From: a virus
IMG/VR virus record: IMGVR_UViG_3300042298_003052
Span: 64,001-128,000 of that record
Length of the DNA: 64,000 nt
Direction: 5' to 3' (one strand)
Under the pieces are notes generated by a model. It ran no database searches, was not told where the DNA came from, and worked only from the letters and a program-made list of their open reading frames with translations. Numbering within the stretch: position 1 is the first letter of the stretch; each line of letters starts with the position of its first letter. A program made the translations under genes and the position numbers. This document shows, piece by piece, positions 44,852-54,830 of the stretch.

Positions 44852-45514
44852 ATGAAATACCTGTTAGAGGTGAGAGAAAATCCCGAATATGGAAAAAACG
44901 GGCTGATTATTAAGAATATAGGTCGGGATCATTTTGATCCCCTTAACGGGCAAGTGATCGCCCATGATGTCATAGAACATCCTGTGAAAGAGCATTCAAA
45001 TTGCTATGTAGATGAATTTATGGCATTGGGTGCGATCGTTGGCGGAAGGATTGAAAACGGATATCTTACTGCTGGACATCGTTATCTCAGTTTTTACGAT
45101 ATCACAAGCGACGTTACCCAATTAGCTGTAAGTAGTTTTTACTCTGGATATAATCTGGTATTGCCATGTAATTCCAGATTACGTGATATTGAAATCACAG
45201 CCGACATTAGATCTGCTGTCAGAAAAGGTTTAGCTTCTGTATCTGATGAAATAGAGGAGTCGTATAATTTCACAGACAATACGGTAGACTATATAACGGG
45301 TTGGATCTGTAAAGGATATAGTCTATTTAAGAAAAGGTTTCAAGGTTTGCAGATATATGATATCTGCAACCACTTGTTTGATACCATTAAGGAAGAATGC
45401 GATCTTTTCCTTAAGTCAGCAGAGATAGGCGATCAGGCCATACTAAATGTTACATTTAGTAGATATCACTGCGAGTTAAAGCAGATAGGTTACGATTATG
45501 GAGATGAATATTAA
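44852..45514 (+). CDS. Hypothetical protein (possible metal-binding HDxxEH..DE)
   Basis: AHDVIEH..DEFMALGA. Confidence 0.7.
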   Translation: MKYLLEVRENPEYGKNGLIIKNIGRDHFDPLNGQVIAHDVIEHPVKEHSNCYVDEFMALGAIVGGRIENGYLTAGHRYLSFYDITSDVTQLAVSSFYSGYNLVLPCNSRLRDIEITADIRSAVRKGLASVSDEIEESYNFTDNTVDYITGWICKGYSLFKKRFQGLQIYDICNHLFDTIKEECDLFLKSAEIGDQAILNVTFSRYHCELKQIGYDYGDEY

Positions 45515-45525
45515 GGAGTAGAATT

Positions 45526-45804
45526 ATGTCATTAGAACAACAGTTAAAACAAGTTTTCCCCTGGTTAACGGATCGTGACTTTGGTCACCATGCCACGGAT
45601 CTTTATGTGGTAGCATATCCAGAAATTGATAAATGGCTACAGGATAATTATCAGTTTTATTCCAATGTTCAACAGTTTATCGGGAATCCCGAAGCTGATT
45701 GGAATGGAGCAAGTAAGCGTTGCCTAGAAATTCCTTTTGCTGGAGAATGGAAACGACTAGAGAGAATGTTAAAAAAGTTAGAACAACAATCAGAGAAGGA
45801 GTAA
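45526..45804 (+). CDS. Hypothetical protein, tandem paralog B1
   Basis: AAGGAG RBS; near-identical N-half to next gene. Confidence 0.75.
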   Translation: MSLEQQLKQVFPWLTDRDFGHHATDLYVVAYPEIDKWLQDNYQFYSNVQQFIGNPEADWNGASKRCLEIPFAGEWKRLERMLKKLEQQSEKE

Positions 45805-45808
45805 AACT

Positions 45809-46051
45809 ATGTCATTAGAACAACAGTTAAAACAAGTTTTCCCCTGGTTGACAAATAAAGATTTTGGGCATCAGCATAGAACTATTCACCCAGATCTTTA
45901 CGTGGTAGCATATCCAGAAATTGATAAATGGTTACAGGAAAATTATCAGTGGTATGACAACATTGATAAATTTACAGGTAACGATCAAGCAGCTTGGAAT
46001 GGATCGGGTAAAACCTGCCTAAGTATTCCCTTTGCTGATTATAGTTGGTAA
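45809..46051 (+). CDS. Hypothetical protein, tandem paralog B2
   Basis: MSLEQQLKQVFPWLT..DLYVVAYPEIDKWLQ. Confidence 0.75.
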   Translation: MSLEQQLKQVFPWLTNKDFGHQHRTIHPDLYVVAYPEIDKWLQENYQWYDNIDKFTGNDQAAWNGSGKTCLSIPFADYSW

Positions 46052-46169
46052 GAGCGATCGCAAAGTGAAATAAACAGGGTGAATAATGCGATCGCACTAG
46101 GTTAATTCAATAATACGGACGATCTAGTGCGATCGCAAAATAATCAAGATGTTATTCTGGTAATGAACC

Positions 46170-46499
46170 ATGGTAGAATACACTCCAGGCCCTTGGATAG
46201 TAGGTTATGCCGACAGTGGCAAACCTTACATAGTAGCAGATCACGGTAAAAGATGGAATGATCCTACTATATGTCATCTATATGAAGACGTAACACCAGA
46301 AGGTTCGATGACAGGACCAGGATGGTGTCTAGAAGCATTCGATAATGCAGAAGCTAACGCTAGATTGATAGCTGCTGCACCTGATATGATGACACTACTA
46401 CAAAAGTATATAACGGTTTTAGAGTCCGATGATAAAGAGGCTTTAACAAAGCTTCTGCAAAAAACGCGCGATGTTATTGAGGATATCAAGGGATCTTAA
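46170..46499 (+). CDS. Phage protein of TPGPW..ANARLIAAAP family
   Basis: Motifs YTPGPW and EANARLIAAAPD. Confidence 0.75.
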   Translation: MVEYTPGPWIVGYADSGKPYIVADHGKRWNDPTICHLYEDVTPEGSMTGPGWCLEAFDNAEANARLIAAAPDMMTLLQKYITVLESDDKEALTKLLQKTRDVIEDIKGS

Positions 46500-46824
46500 G
46501 TAAGGCGATCGCACTAGGTATTTGTCTTGAGGGATTACCTAGTGCGATCGTTCTAATAAATCATCGTAGGACTATTTTTTTACTCTATTTATCACTCTAT
46601 AGTTATATACTCATTTAGTAGAATAAAAATAACCTTATCCTAAAAAATAGTCCTACAATCCTAAAAATACTCCTTCTAGAATCACCTACAAGGGTCACAA
46701 AATAGTTAACTCTTATGATGTTACCTTAAAATGCTCTAGAGGCTTATAGACACCTTAGAAACGATAATAGAGAAAAATCAATAGCGATCATTGTGAAAAA
46801 TAGAGATTTTTGTTATCAGATTAG

Positions 46825-46865
46825 TGTCAATAGAGGTTGACACTTAAAAGTAAATCAATTATTAT
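46825..46865 (+). promoter_or_regulatory. Sigma70 promoter with perfect -35 dyad
   Basis: TGTCAA-N6-TTGACA-17-TATTAT. Confidence 0.8.
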
Positions 46866-46897
46866 AGAGGCATGGTTAAAGAAAAGGAACACAACCG

Positions 46898-47203
46898 ATG
46901 AAAGTGAGATTACAAGGAAAAGAAATAAAAGTAAGCTTTGGTGCCTACATGGCACTAAAAGACGAGAATCCTGATTTGGAAGTTGTTTCATACTCTAACG
47001 ATAAATCGTTAGAAGATCGTTATGGTGATAAGACACTAGAATGTCATAATTTCTGTGCCAAAATTAAGATCATGTTAGAGTATCTTCCTAGCCCTGATAC
47101 GGCTACCTACACAGATCTGGAATCTATCGTAGCAATTAGAGAACATCTGGACTTGGTAAAAGATATGTTGACATCGTGGACTGGTTTTCAGGATAACGAT
47201 TAG
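46898..47203 (+). CDS. Hypothetical protein, tandem paralog C1
   Basis: Similar to next gene (PSP..A..D..EHLD.V.D.L.SWTGF). Confidence 0.75.
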   Translation: MKVRLQGKEIKVSFGAYMALKDENPDLEVVSYSNDKSLEDRYGDKTLECHNFCAKIKIMLEYLPSPDTATYTDLESIVAIREHLDLVKDMLTSWTGFQDND

Positions 47204-47232
47204 GGTAATCACTTTTTCAAAAAGAGGAAACC

Positions 47233-47544
47233 ATGAAAGTACTAATCAATGGTATAGAGTTTAATATAAATCCATCAGAGTACAGGAAACTGAAGGATCA
47301 AAACCCTGAGTCTGTTAAAATCCTATCATGTGATGGTACGGAAACACTGGATGACAAATATAAAAATCAGATTCGTAAATGTAGCGAATTGATCAGTTAC
47401 ATTGAGAACATAATGATACTTGTACCTAGTCCTAACCAAGCTAGTTGGGCAGACTACGGATCTGCTTATCAAGTATGGGAACACCTGGATCGTGTCTATG
47501 ATAGCCTGGTATCATGGACTGGATTTGATGTTAAACCTGATTAA
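47233..47544 (+). CDS. Hypothetical protein, tandem paralog C2
   Basis: GAGG RBS; paralog of 46898. Confidence 0.75.
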   Translation: MKVLINGIEFNINPSEYRKLKDQNPESVKILSCDGTETLDDKYKNQIRKCSELISYIENIMILVPSPNQASWADYGSAYQVWEHLDRVYDSLVSWTGFDVKPD

Positions 47545-47569
47545 GTGCGATCGCCAAAGGGAAAAACCG

Positions 47570-47860
47570 ATGAAAATCCGATATCTGTTACAAAATCCTG
47601 GTATAAACTTTACCGGGTTCAATAGTGTTGAAGAAGATTACACCGATATAGACAACTGGTTAAAACAACCCGCTGTCTATGATACCGATACAAAATTATC
47701 GATTCCATGGGGCGATCTAGCACTACCAGGAAAAGAAACTCACTTGGTAAAGATCAAAGAAATCATCGCAAGCATGGAATATACCACCGATCAAATCGGG
47801 TATTATCACAAACGCTTTTACCAAGGGGTGATAGAAATCATTGACAATCGTTGTCAATAA
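47570..47860 (+). CDS. Hypothetical protein
   Basis: Start trimmed to MKIRY. Confidence 0.6.
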   Translation: MKIRYLLQNPGINFTGFNSVEEDYTDIDNWLKQPAVYDTDTKLSIPWGDLALPGKETHLVKIKEIIASMEYTTDQIGYYHKRFYQGVIEIIDNRCQ

Positions 47861-48016
47861 GTAAATCGAGTTATCAATGGTATTCCCTAAGCTATAAAAA
47901 AGCACTTTATAGCCCGAAACCATTGATAACTCGTTAGACAAAATAGGTGAGATCTTGTCACTTATTGACAGCGATTGTCATTAGTGACATAGAGAATGGT
48001 AAAAAATGAGGTAAGA

Positions 48017-48310
48017 ATGGAGATTATTACAATAGAACGCCCTACTAACAGTGGAACCCGACCGTTATCAGACTTTATAAGGGTATTACCCCCTATATAC
48101 AAGGAAAATCAGTTATTCAGGATAGAAGGTACCAATCGATTTATACAGCCCTATGCAGGAAAGAATAAACAGATAGGTATCAGATTATATCGACCCAGTG
48201 TGTTTGAAGGGCATCATACGGGCTATTACAGTGTGACTATACTACGCCCTAGTGGGGCGATCGCTGATGGTGGTTTAGTTGAGTTAACCTTTAACGATGA
48301 AAGGCTGTAA
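48017..48310 (+). CDS. Hypothetical protein
   Basis: GAGGT RBS before MEII. Confidence 0.6.
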   Translation: MEIITIERPTNSGTRPLSDFIRVLPPIYKENQLFRIEGTNRFIQPYAGKNKQIGIRLYRPSVFEGHHTGYYSVTILRPSGAIADGGLVELTFNDERL

Positions 48311-48312
48311 AA

Positions 48313-48627
48313 ATGAAATACACACATTTTAATAGTGAAAGATGGTATTACCTATACCAACGAGCTTGTCATAGACCATCGAATAATATTGACCTAAAGG
48401 AGCAATACGTCATACTACTAAATTTAGGGGCCACGGAAGTGGCCACAGGGCGATTAAACAACTGGAATAATCAGCCCGACGTTGCATGTTTCAGGGTTCC
48501 TGATGCCTGTACATTAAGGGCGATCGACTTCGATGATCGCATTAATCTAGGCTATGGCGTTTCATCAGTTTGGGATAATCCTGAACTGTGCGATCGTGTT
48601 AAGAACGTTGTATTGCCGTTACCATAA
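48313..48627 (+). CDS. Hypothetical protein
   Basis: Operon. Confidence 0.6.
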   Translation: MKYTHFNSERWYYLYQRACHRPSNNIDLKEQYVILLNLGATEVATGRLNNWNNQPDVACFRVPDACTLRAIDFDDRINLGYGVSSVWDNPELCDRVKNVVLPLP

Positions 48628-48819
48628 CGATCGCACAATTTTCATAATCCTTTCATTTTGTTTTCATAATCTTTTCATTTTTCATTTTGTTTTCGTTATG
48701 TAACCCTTGAATAACCCCTAAAAATAGATATTGATTTGTAAAATAATTTAATATTTTTAAGAGTGTCATTCAAGGGTTACATAGTGTATAATTAGGATAT
48801 AGAAATATAGGAGGATCGC

Positions 48820-49179
48820 ATGGATTTCAAAGCGCCACAAGGGTTTGAGGATTACTTGGTTACGATTTTATGGTATTTTAATATGGACGATCGCAGTGTG
48901 TACGAATTTAGTACGCCTGCTAGAGAGAGACTTTTAGACTATTATGATCGTTTCTACAAATCCATTGAGGCTTTAGGTTTAAGAGGTTACTATGTACAAG
49001 CATACGGCGAAGATAAACTAGGGTATGATTTTGCCCTAGAGCAGTTGAGAACGGGGTCTGGATTTATGGATAGGGATTTATTGGAAGAGAGTGATAGAGA
49101 GTTAATATGTCAGATCGCTAACTGCTTTCCTGAGTTTAGTGTTTATGAAAATGAGAATGGGGGGTTAGAGGTAGAATGA
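48820..49179 (+). CDS. Hypothetical protein
   Basis: AGGAGG RBS. Confidence 0.7.
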   Translation: MDFKAPQGFEDYLVTILWYFNMDDRSVYEFSTPARERLLDYYDRFYKSIEALGLRGYYVQAYGEDKLGYDFALEQLRTGSGFMDRDLLEESDRELICQIANCFPEFSVYENENGGLEVE

Positions 49180-49388
49180 ATAGATTAGTAGCCAAAGATC
49201 TTGATGATGCTGTACTAGCTCTAACACTATTCAGAGGATGGAGACCTTTCCGGTATTCAGGGAATGTTTTCTATCTGGTAGAGGAGGATAGCGAGTGCTA
49301 TCGGATCTACAGGACAAAGAAATCTGCTGTAGATTATGCGGTAAAGATGAGTAAAGAGTGTGTTAGGGTAGATTACAAAGGTGAGTGA
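49176..49388 (+). CDS. Hypothetical protein
   Basis: ATGA overlap. Confidence 0.6.
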   Translation: MNRLVAKDLDDAVLALTLFRGWRPFRYSGNVFYLVEEDSECYRIYRTKKSAVDYAVKMSKECVRVDYKGE

Positions 49389-49921
49389 TGAATAGTTTTT
49401 ATTTCTATAAAACCCAGGGATGGGATTACAATATTCTCAAGTCGAACTATCAAAAGGTAGTGGATCCTATTGGGTTTCTATATGAAAATATAGAGGCTAA
49501 AGTGTTAGAAAAGTTTCTAGGGGGATACGGTCTATTCTGTATTAGCCCTAAAAAGATCGCTAGAAATCTTCTGCAAACGAGGTTAAATGGGAAACTCCTT
49601 GTAAGAGGAGATTATAAAGGATTAGAAGCTGTAATCCTTCTAGAGGAAGGTTCCAGCAATAGCGATCGTGTGTCAATATTCATTAAGATTCCCTACTCTA
49701 TAGATAGTAGGGAAGATCTAGAGATGATCCTATACTCTAGATCCTATGGATATCCTGAGGAAAAATATTTTTCTAGGATTCCTATAGATATGGGTCCGAT
49801 TAGAGAAGATCTGTGGATTGAGAGAACAGATTTTTCTCAAAGTCTGATGGATCGCTATTACGATAAAGGATTTAGTATTAAGGTAGAAGATCGCAAAGAG
49901 TATTTTGTTATAGAGGGATAA
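49385..49921 (+). CDS. Hypothetical protein
   Basis: Overlap with upstream stop. Confidence 0.6.
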   Translation: MMNSFYFYKTQGWDYNILKSNYQKVVDPIGFLYENIEAKVLEKFLGGYGLFCISPKKIARNLLQTRLNGKLLVRGDYKGLEAVILLEEGSSNSDRVSIFIKIPYSIDSREDLEMILYSRSYGYPEEKYFSRIPIDMGPIREDLWIERTDFSQSLMDRYYDKGFSIKVEDRKEYFVIEG

Positions 49922-50161
49922 ACAGAAAAATAGATCGCACATTTTAAGCGATAAAAAACCAAAAAGGATAAAACAAAAGGGACGATCGCTAGTATTGTGC
50001 GATCGTCCCTTTGTTTTATTATCTCTACTCGCTCTAGAATCGATTTCAAAGGGTTTGTAATAGGTAGGTGATACGGTGATACCCTTAAATGGTTATAGAG
50101 GCTTGTAGGCACCTTAGAGACAATGATAGACGTTTGTCTATAGTTATTATAAGAATATGGG

Positions 50162-50202
50162 TGTAAACAGCAATTGACAAATAAAAGTAACTAGGATAAA
50201 TT
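50162..50202 (+). promoter_or_regulatory. Sigma70 promoter with -35 dyad
   Basis: TGTAAA-N6-TTGACA-17-TAAATT. Confidence 0.7.
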
Positions 50203-50232
50203 AGTAATGTACAGAGAGGGAGAAGAAAGGAA

Positions 50233-50388
50233 ATGAAAATCGTAAATGTTTTAGTTGTTCTACCGTTCATGTTTCTGGTTTCTGATTTGCCTGTTTGGGC
50301 ATCGTCAGAATCGGATAAAAGGGATCAGTTTCCGACTACTACGGATCTACCTCCTTGGGGTGGAGTAATACCTTCTTGGTTACAATAG
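50233..50388 (+). CDS. Small signal-peptide-bearing protein (51 aa)
   Basis: MKIVNVLVVLPFMFLVSDLPVWA|SSESDKRDQFP..; first gene after promoter; not in track. Confidence 0.6.
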   Translation: MKIVNVLVVLPFMFLVSDLPVWASSESDKRDQFPTTTDLPPWGGVIPSWLQ

Positions 50389-50424
50389 GATCAAGTTAAA
50401 CAATATTAAGGAGAGGATTCAGAA

Positions 50425-50709
50425 ATGATGGTGTTTGATTGGGTAAAAGCGGCAGAGATTATAAAAACATTCAATCCTTATCTAGTTGAGGCGTGTTTAG
50501 AAAACGATTTCTTTTGGACGGGAGGGACAATTTTCCGTAGTGGAAAGATAATCGATAACCAGTATACATATCTAGCGTCATACAAGGCAAAACCTCAAAT
50601 CATAGTAAATGGAGAAATTTTAGATTGCTATGTTATGGCTAGTGAACGCCCTGATTGGGATGCTGATACGAAATGGCCAGAAGAAGCACGTAAGATTCTA
50701 GAATCTTAG
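50425..50709 (+). CDS. Hypothetical protein
   Basis: AAGGAG RBS. Confidence 0.7.
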   Translation: MMVFDWVKAAEIIKTFNPYLVEACLENDFFWTGGTIFRSGKIIDNQYTYLASYKAKPQIIVNGEILDCYVMASERPDWDADTKWPEEARKILES

Positions 50710-50771
50710 GGTAGAGTGCGGTAGGGTTAAGCTGTAAACATTTTAATTCGTAGCATCTAGGAGAAACAAAA

Positions 50772-51272
50772 ATGAACGTGCATTACGTAAGAATCGGTGA
50801 CACAGACGAATTTGATTTAGAAAAACTAGGTGAACGTTTAGAAAGCGTCTACCCTGGTAACCTTAGTATGTTCAGAGGTCTACCTAGTAATATTTATCAA
50901 ATTATCTCTACCAAGGGATTCAACGTTCGTGTTGAAAACGGAGATCAATACGAAAAGTGCCAATGGTTGAAAGTGGAGGACGATTTTCAACTCCCTGAAC
51001 TAAACTTGGAAGCTCAGATCGATGATCTGAGAGTGAAGTATGCTAATGAGTTAGCCAACGATCTGATCAATCCAGAGATTGATTACTATATCTTTGATAA
51101 AATAGAAAAAGATGGTAGTAGCTACTGGGGTACATGGAACGCGACAACTGTCGAAGTGTATCCTTGTGATGGTACTCCAGAATGGGAACTTATCGAAAGC
51201 GGTTTCGCTAAATGCGATGCCCCAGGATGGAATGAGACGATGTTAGTAAAGAAAACGGATTGTAGATGTTAA
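50772..51272 (+). CDS. Hypothetical protein
   Basis: AGGAG RBS. Confidence 0.7.
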   Translation: MNVHYVRIGDTDEFDLEKLGERLESVYPGNLSMFRGLPSNIYQIISTKGFNVRVENGDQYEKCQWLKVEDDFQLPELNLEAQIDDLRVKYANELANDLINPEIDYYIFDKIEKDGSSYWGTWNATTVEVYPCDGTPEWELIESGFAKCDAPGWNETMLVKKTDCRC

Positions 51273-51379
51273 GAGGGAGAAAGAAGATTCTATTTTATTT
51301 TATCTATACGATAGTCATTATATGGCTATACGCATAGGTGACGGCGATCCACACATTCTTACATTAAGGAAGGTTAACT

Positions 51380-51643
51380 ATGAACATGACATTTGAAGAT
51401 TTCATTATAACAATTGCAACTGAAAATTTTCCTCAAGACCGTGTGACGCTAAGGAACTTCCTCGTGTTATACCCACACTGGGTATCGACCGATAAACCTT
51501 GGTATGAGTTACGATATCGAGCCTGGGCTATATGTTATAGTCGAACGGGATGGGAGTATCATTTTAATGGTGTCATAGGTGATGGTAAAACTTTGGCGGA
51601 AGCTAAAGCCGACCATCGTGTTAAATATCAAGAACACTTATAA
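51380..51643 (+). CDS. Hypothetical protein
   Basis: RBS. Confidence 0.65.
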   Translation: MNMTFEDFIITIATENFPQDRVTLRNFLVLYPHWVSTDKPWYELRYRAWAICYSRTGWEYHFNGVIGDGKTLAEAKADHRVKYQEHL

Positions 51644-51812
51644 TAAGCAGAGAATGTATGAAGTATGCGTGTTAACGTAGCACTTCAGAAATATATAATC
51701 CACAAAAATGCTTGTAATGAAGTTATCCATTTTACGAAAATCAAGCACTGGTTTGGCAAAATCGGATTGACGATTGGGCGAGGATCTGTTCTTTACACGA
51801 ATGGGAGAAAAA

Positions 51813-52133
51813 ATGAAAAACAATAATGATCAAGAAAGTATCGATATCATGGATGAGGCCACGTTTGAGAACATTGTTCATGAAAAGGTTCTACCAATAG
51901 TGCCTTTTATAATTGGCACGTACTCGGTACAGGAGCTTACTCCTCTAGATATGGATGGCGAAGGTTTTAAGTATATCCGATATGACGAAAAGCAAATATA
52001 CATCAATTTGATGGTGGTTTACAGATCAGAGAAATCCATGTGGACTGTTTACGAAGCTTCCAGTAGTTCTGATCTCCCCAAAGTTGGTTGGGGTCCAACT
52101 ATCGAGGAAGCTTTAGAAAAAGCAGGACTATGA
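51813..52133 (+). CDS. Hypothetical protein
   Basis: GGGAG RBS before MKNNN. Confidence 0.6.
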   Translation: MKNNNDQESIDIMDEATFENIVHEKVLPIVPFIIGTYSVQELTPLDMDGEGFKYIRYDEKQIYINLMVVYRSEKSMWTVYEASSSSDLPKVGWGPTIEEALEKAGL

Positions 52134-52359
52134 CCCTATATCACGGACGAAACGATTACGAAGAAAGTTGGAACATTTACATTTTGTTAAAGGGAGGAGA
52201 ACTACAAATCGATGATAAGATTAAAAGAATTATGGAGGACTTCAACATCTAATAAATAACTGTAGATAGGACGATCGCTATATGAAATCGCTTGTATAGC
52301 GATCGTCCTAACAATGGTCTTTATTGAGTATACGAAAAAACAAAAAGGTACATAGAAAT

Positions 52360-52623
52360 ATGAAAGTTCAAAAAGTATTATCCGCAACCTTAGTTATCGT
52401 CTTTCTCAATCCCTTGGTTGCTTGGGCAAGCAATCGAGATCGATTCCCAAGGAACATGAGCTGTAGGAGCTGCGTTCAAGAATCGTTACCTCCACGTCCA
52501 CCACAACCACGTACACAACCGTCACAACCTACTCCTCAAGGTACACGACAACGTACACAACCAACACCACCCCGCACACAACCTACTCCTCAAGGTCCAC
52601 GACAACCACGTAGCGGTAGATAG
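52360..52623 (+). CDS. Secreted Pro/Gln/Thr/Arg-rich small protein
   Basis: MKVQKVLSATLVIVFLNPLVAWA signal peptide; TQPTP repeats. Confidence 0.65.
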   Translation: MKVQKVLSATLVIVFLNPLVAWASNRDRFPRNMSCRSCVQESLPPRPPQPRTQPSQPTPQGTRQRTQPTPPRTQPTPQGPRQPRSGR

Positions 52624-52706
52624 AGGTTAGAGAGCTAGGCGATCGCCCATAGGACGATCGCCTGGCGAAAAAGACAAGGTATATTGAAAATAAAGGAGAA
52701 AGTCAA

Positions 52707-52961
52707 ATGTCATCAATGTCTTATTGTGCAATCGAAAACACTGCTTCTGAGTTAGAGGCTACTGTAGGGCGAATAGAAGAAAAGGGTGCTCGATACTTAA
52801 AATCAGTGAATCAGTACGAAAGAGCAGCCTATCCACGACTTTTAGAGTTGTGTAAACGATTAGTAGAGCTTCACGAAGAATACCAGGATGTAATTGAATC
52901 CTGGTCAAGTAACGACCCTGTTGATGAGGATGAAGAAGATGATGATTGGCGATATCGGTGA
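52707..52961 (+). CDS. Hypothetical protein
   Basis: AAGGAG RBS; MSYC.IENT motif. Confidence 0.7.
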   Translation: MSSMSYCAIENTASELEATVGRIEEKGARYLKSVNQYERAAYPRLLELCKRLVELHEEYQDVIESWSSNDPVDEDEEDDDWRYR

Positions 52962-53019
52962 TTGCGATCACTGAAGATTAATCAATAAAGGGTAAAATAA
53001 TAAAAAAGGGAGAACGAGA

Positions 53020-53619
53020 ATGAAAAGTGTAGACACGTTAAACGAGTGGTTAGACAACCACAGTGACAAATTCATCACGAAAGAATACCGTTCCAATGTA
53101 ACCTTTGGTTGGTTACAAGGAGTTCCATGGTATGACCACGATAATAACCTAGATGCAGATGAAATCACTTCCTTAACCATCGATGAAAATAAATTAGAGT
53201 TTACATACAAGATATGGTGGTGTGTATGGGTGTCTAGCGATCGTCCAAAAGATCGCTGGGGGAACACATATTTAAGTTATGAGGATGGTATCAAATTGAC
53301 AGAGGGTTGTTACGAGATCGGTTACGCTGACGATCAATATACCACGTTTGATGTCGATGTCGATTCAATGAACATTAAGGAGGATTTCAACTGGCAAGAT
53401 TTTCTGGCCTGGATGAAATCAGCACACTCCGATTTAGTTGATGCACTAGGGGAAGAATATATGTCATCGGGTTGTGCTCACTCAGTAACATACTATATAA
53501 GCACGATCGCTCCTGATAGCGATCAATGGGAAGGTTTCATCAACGAATATTATAGGGCTGAAAATACACTATCGAATTTAGGGGACGAATTCTATATTCC
53601 AGGAGAAAACAATGACTAA
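53020..53619 (+). CDS. Acidic hypothetical protein
   Basis: GGGAG RBS. Confidence 0.7.
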   Translation: MKSVDTLNEWLDNHSDKFITKEYRSNVTFGWLQGVPWYDHDNNLDADEITSLTIDENKLEFTYKIWWCVWVSSDRPKDRWGNTYLSYEDGIKLTEGCYEIGYADDQYTTFDVDVDSMNIKEDFNWQDFLAWMKSAHSDLVDALGEEYMSSGCAHSVTYYISTIAPDSDQWEGFINEYYRAENTLSNLGDEFYIPGENND

Positions 53620-53800
53620 AATTTCTAAAAAAGACTTTGAATACCAGGAAGAAAATTATGGAGGGTTCTGTACGACTTGTAAAGAGTTCACTACAGATGA
53701 TTGTGAACCAGATGTGGAAGACAATCTATGCCCTGACTGTGGGGAATACACGGTACACGGCTTGTTTCAAGCTATGTTGTTAGATCTGATAGAAGTATAG
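53612..53800 (+). CDS. Small Zn-ribbon protein
   Basis: GFCTTC..EPD..CPDCG. Confidence 0.7.
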   Translation: MTKISKKDFEYQEENYGGFCTTCKEFTTDDCEPDVEDNLCPDCGEYTVHGLFQAMLLDLIEV

Positions 53801-53811
53801 GGAAATTAACC

Positions 53812-54186
53812 ATGGATTACTCAATTTTGAAAGCTGAATATGTAAGCGAAACGAACACTTGCATTAACACACTTGGGAGACTAGAAGAAGAAAAATACCA
53901 AGTGATCGCAAGGATGGCAGAGCTTGATCATGATTACGATACTAAATTAGAAAATCTGGGTTTAAGAAAGGGAGGAAAAGTAGAGGTACGATTCCCTAAT
54001 GAAACCGATCTGATTCGAGGTTATATCGAAGAAGTGGAGATTTTTTCAAACGGTAATGCGGAATTACAAGTTCATTTACCAGGTCAACGAGGTCAACGTC
54101 TAAAGAGAGCGAAAGACTTCTATACAGGCGTAAAAGCGGAATGGGTGACCATTTTGCCCGATGATTACAATTTTGGAGCGAACTAA
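53812..54186 (+). CDS. Hypothetical protein
   Basis: Operon. Confidence 0.65.
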   Translation: MDYSILKAEYVSETNTCINTLGRLEEEKYQVIARMAELDHDYDTKLENLGLRKGGKVEVRFPNETDLIRGYIEEVEIFSNGNAELQVHLPGQRGQRLKRAKDFYTGVKAEWVTILPDDYNFGAN

Positions 54187-54187
54187 T

Positions 54188-54466
54188 ATGAGCTTTGACG
54201 ATTTCAAAAATACCATAACACAGCGATATGTAAAGGCATACGAATTCACCGAATTTGAAGGTGTGTACTGCTGCATGGTTATTGTGTCTAGAATTGAGAC
54301 TTTCATTAATTACACCACTAACACTTGGGTGGTTGTATGTAATCGTAACAGTGTAAGACATGAAGGTAAAGGATCTACACTTGATGATGCTTTATCAAAC
54401 CTTAAACCTACTAAAGTCATGTTTATTGACGGAAAAATAGAGATTATCAGGAACCTATTACCTTAA
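54188..54466 (+). CDS. Hypothetical protein
   Basis: Start trimmed to MSFDDF. Confidence 0.6.
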   Translation: MSFDDFKNTITQRYVKAYEFTEFEGVYCCMVIVSRIETFINYTTNTWVVVCNRNSVRHEGKGSTLDDALSNLKPTKVMFIDGKIEIIRNLLP

Positions 54467-54474
54467 TTAAAAAA

Positions 54475-54741
54475 ATGGAAAAATATTTCTTTCAACAAAT
54501 TATCCAAAGTTTTGTAGGTAAGGTATTACTGGAAGAAATAGTGTCACTATCACCAGGAGAATGGACGTACAATCAATTTGCCATTGGTGATCCTGAAAAA
54601 ATAATACTATCAATATCTTTTCAGCCAGAAGATATGGAACCTTGGAAATGGTACTCATTGGATGTTTGTAAGAGTCCGTCACATCGATTAGGTTGCGGAG
54701 TGACTCTGACAAAAGCTTTCATAAACGCTTATTCAAACTAA
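54475..54741 (+). CDS. Hypothetical protein
   Basis: Operon. Confidence 0.55.
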   Translation: MEKYFFQQIIQSFVGKVLLEEIVSLSPGEWTYNQFAIGDPEKIILSISFQPEDMEPWKWYSLDVCKSPSHRLGCGVTLTKAFINAYSN

Positions 54742-54830
54742 TCGAATTTCTACTTTTTTAGAAACTTGTGCTAAAATGGGTTAAAAAATAATATCCCCGT
54801 TTTTCTGACGGGGATTTCACAAAACCAATA

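Noticed and set aside
52600-52623. True PatS/PatX heterocyst inhibitor
   Set aside because: The C-terminus is PRSGR, not RGSGR; kept only as a speculative note.
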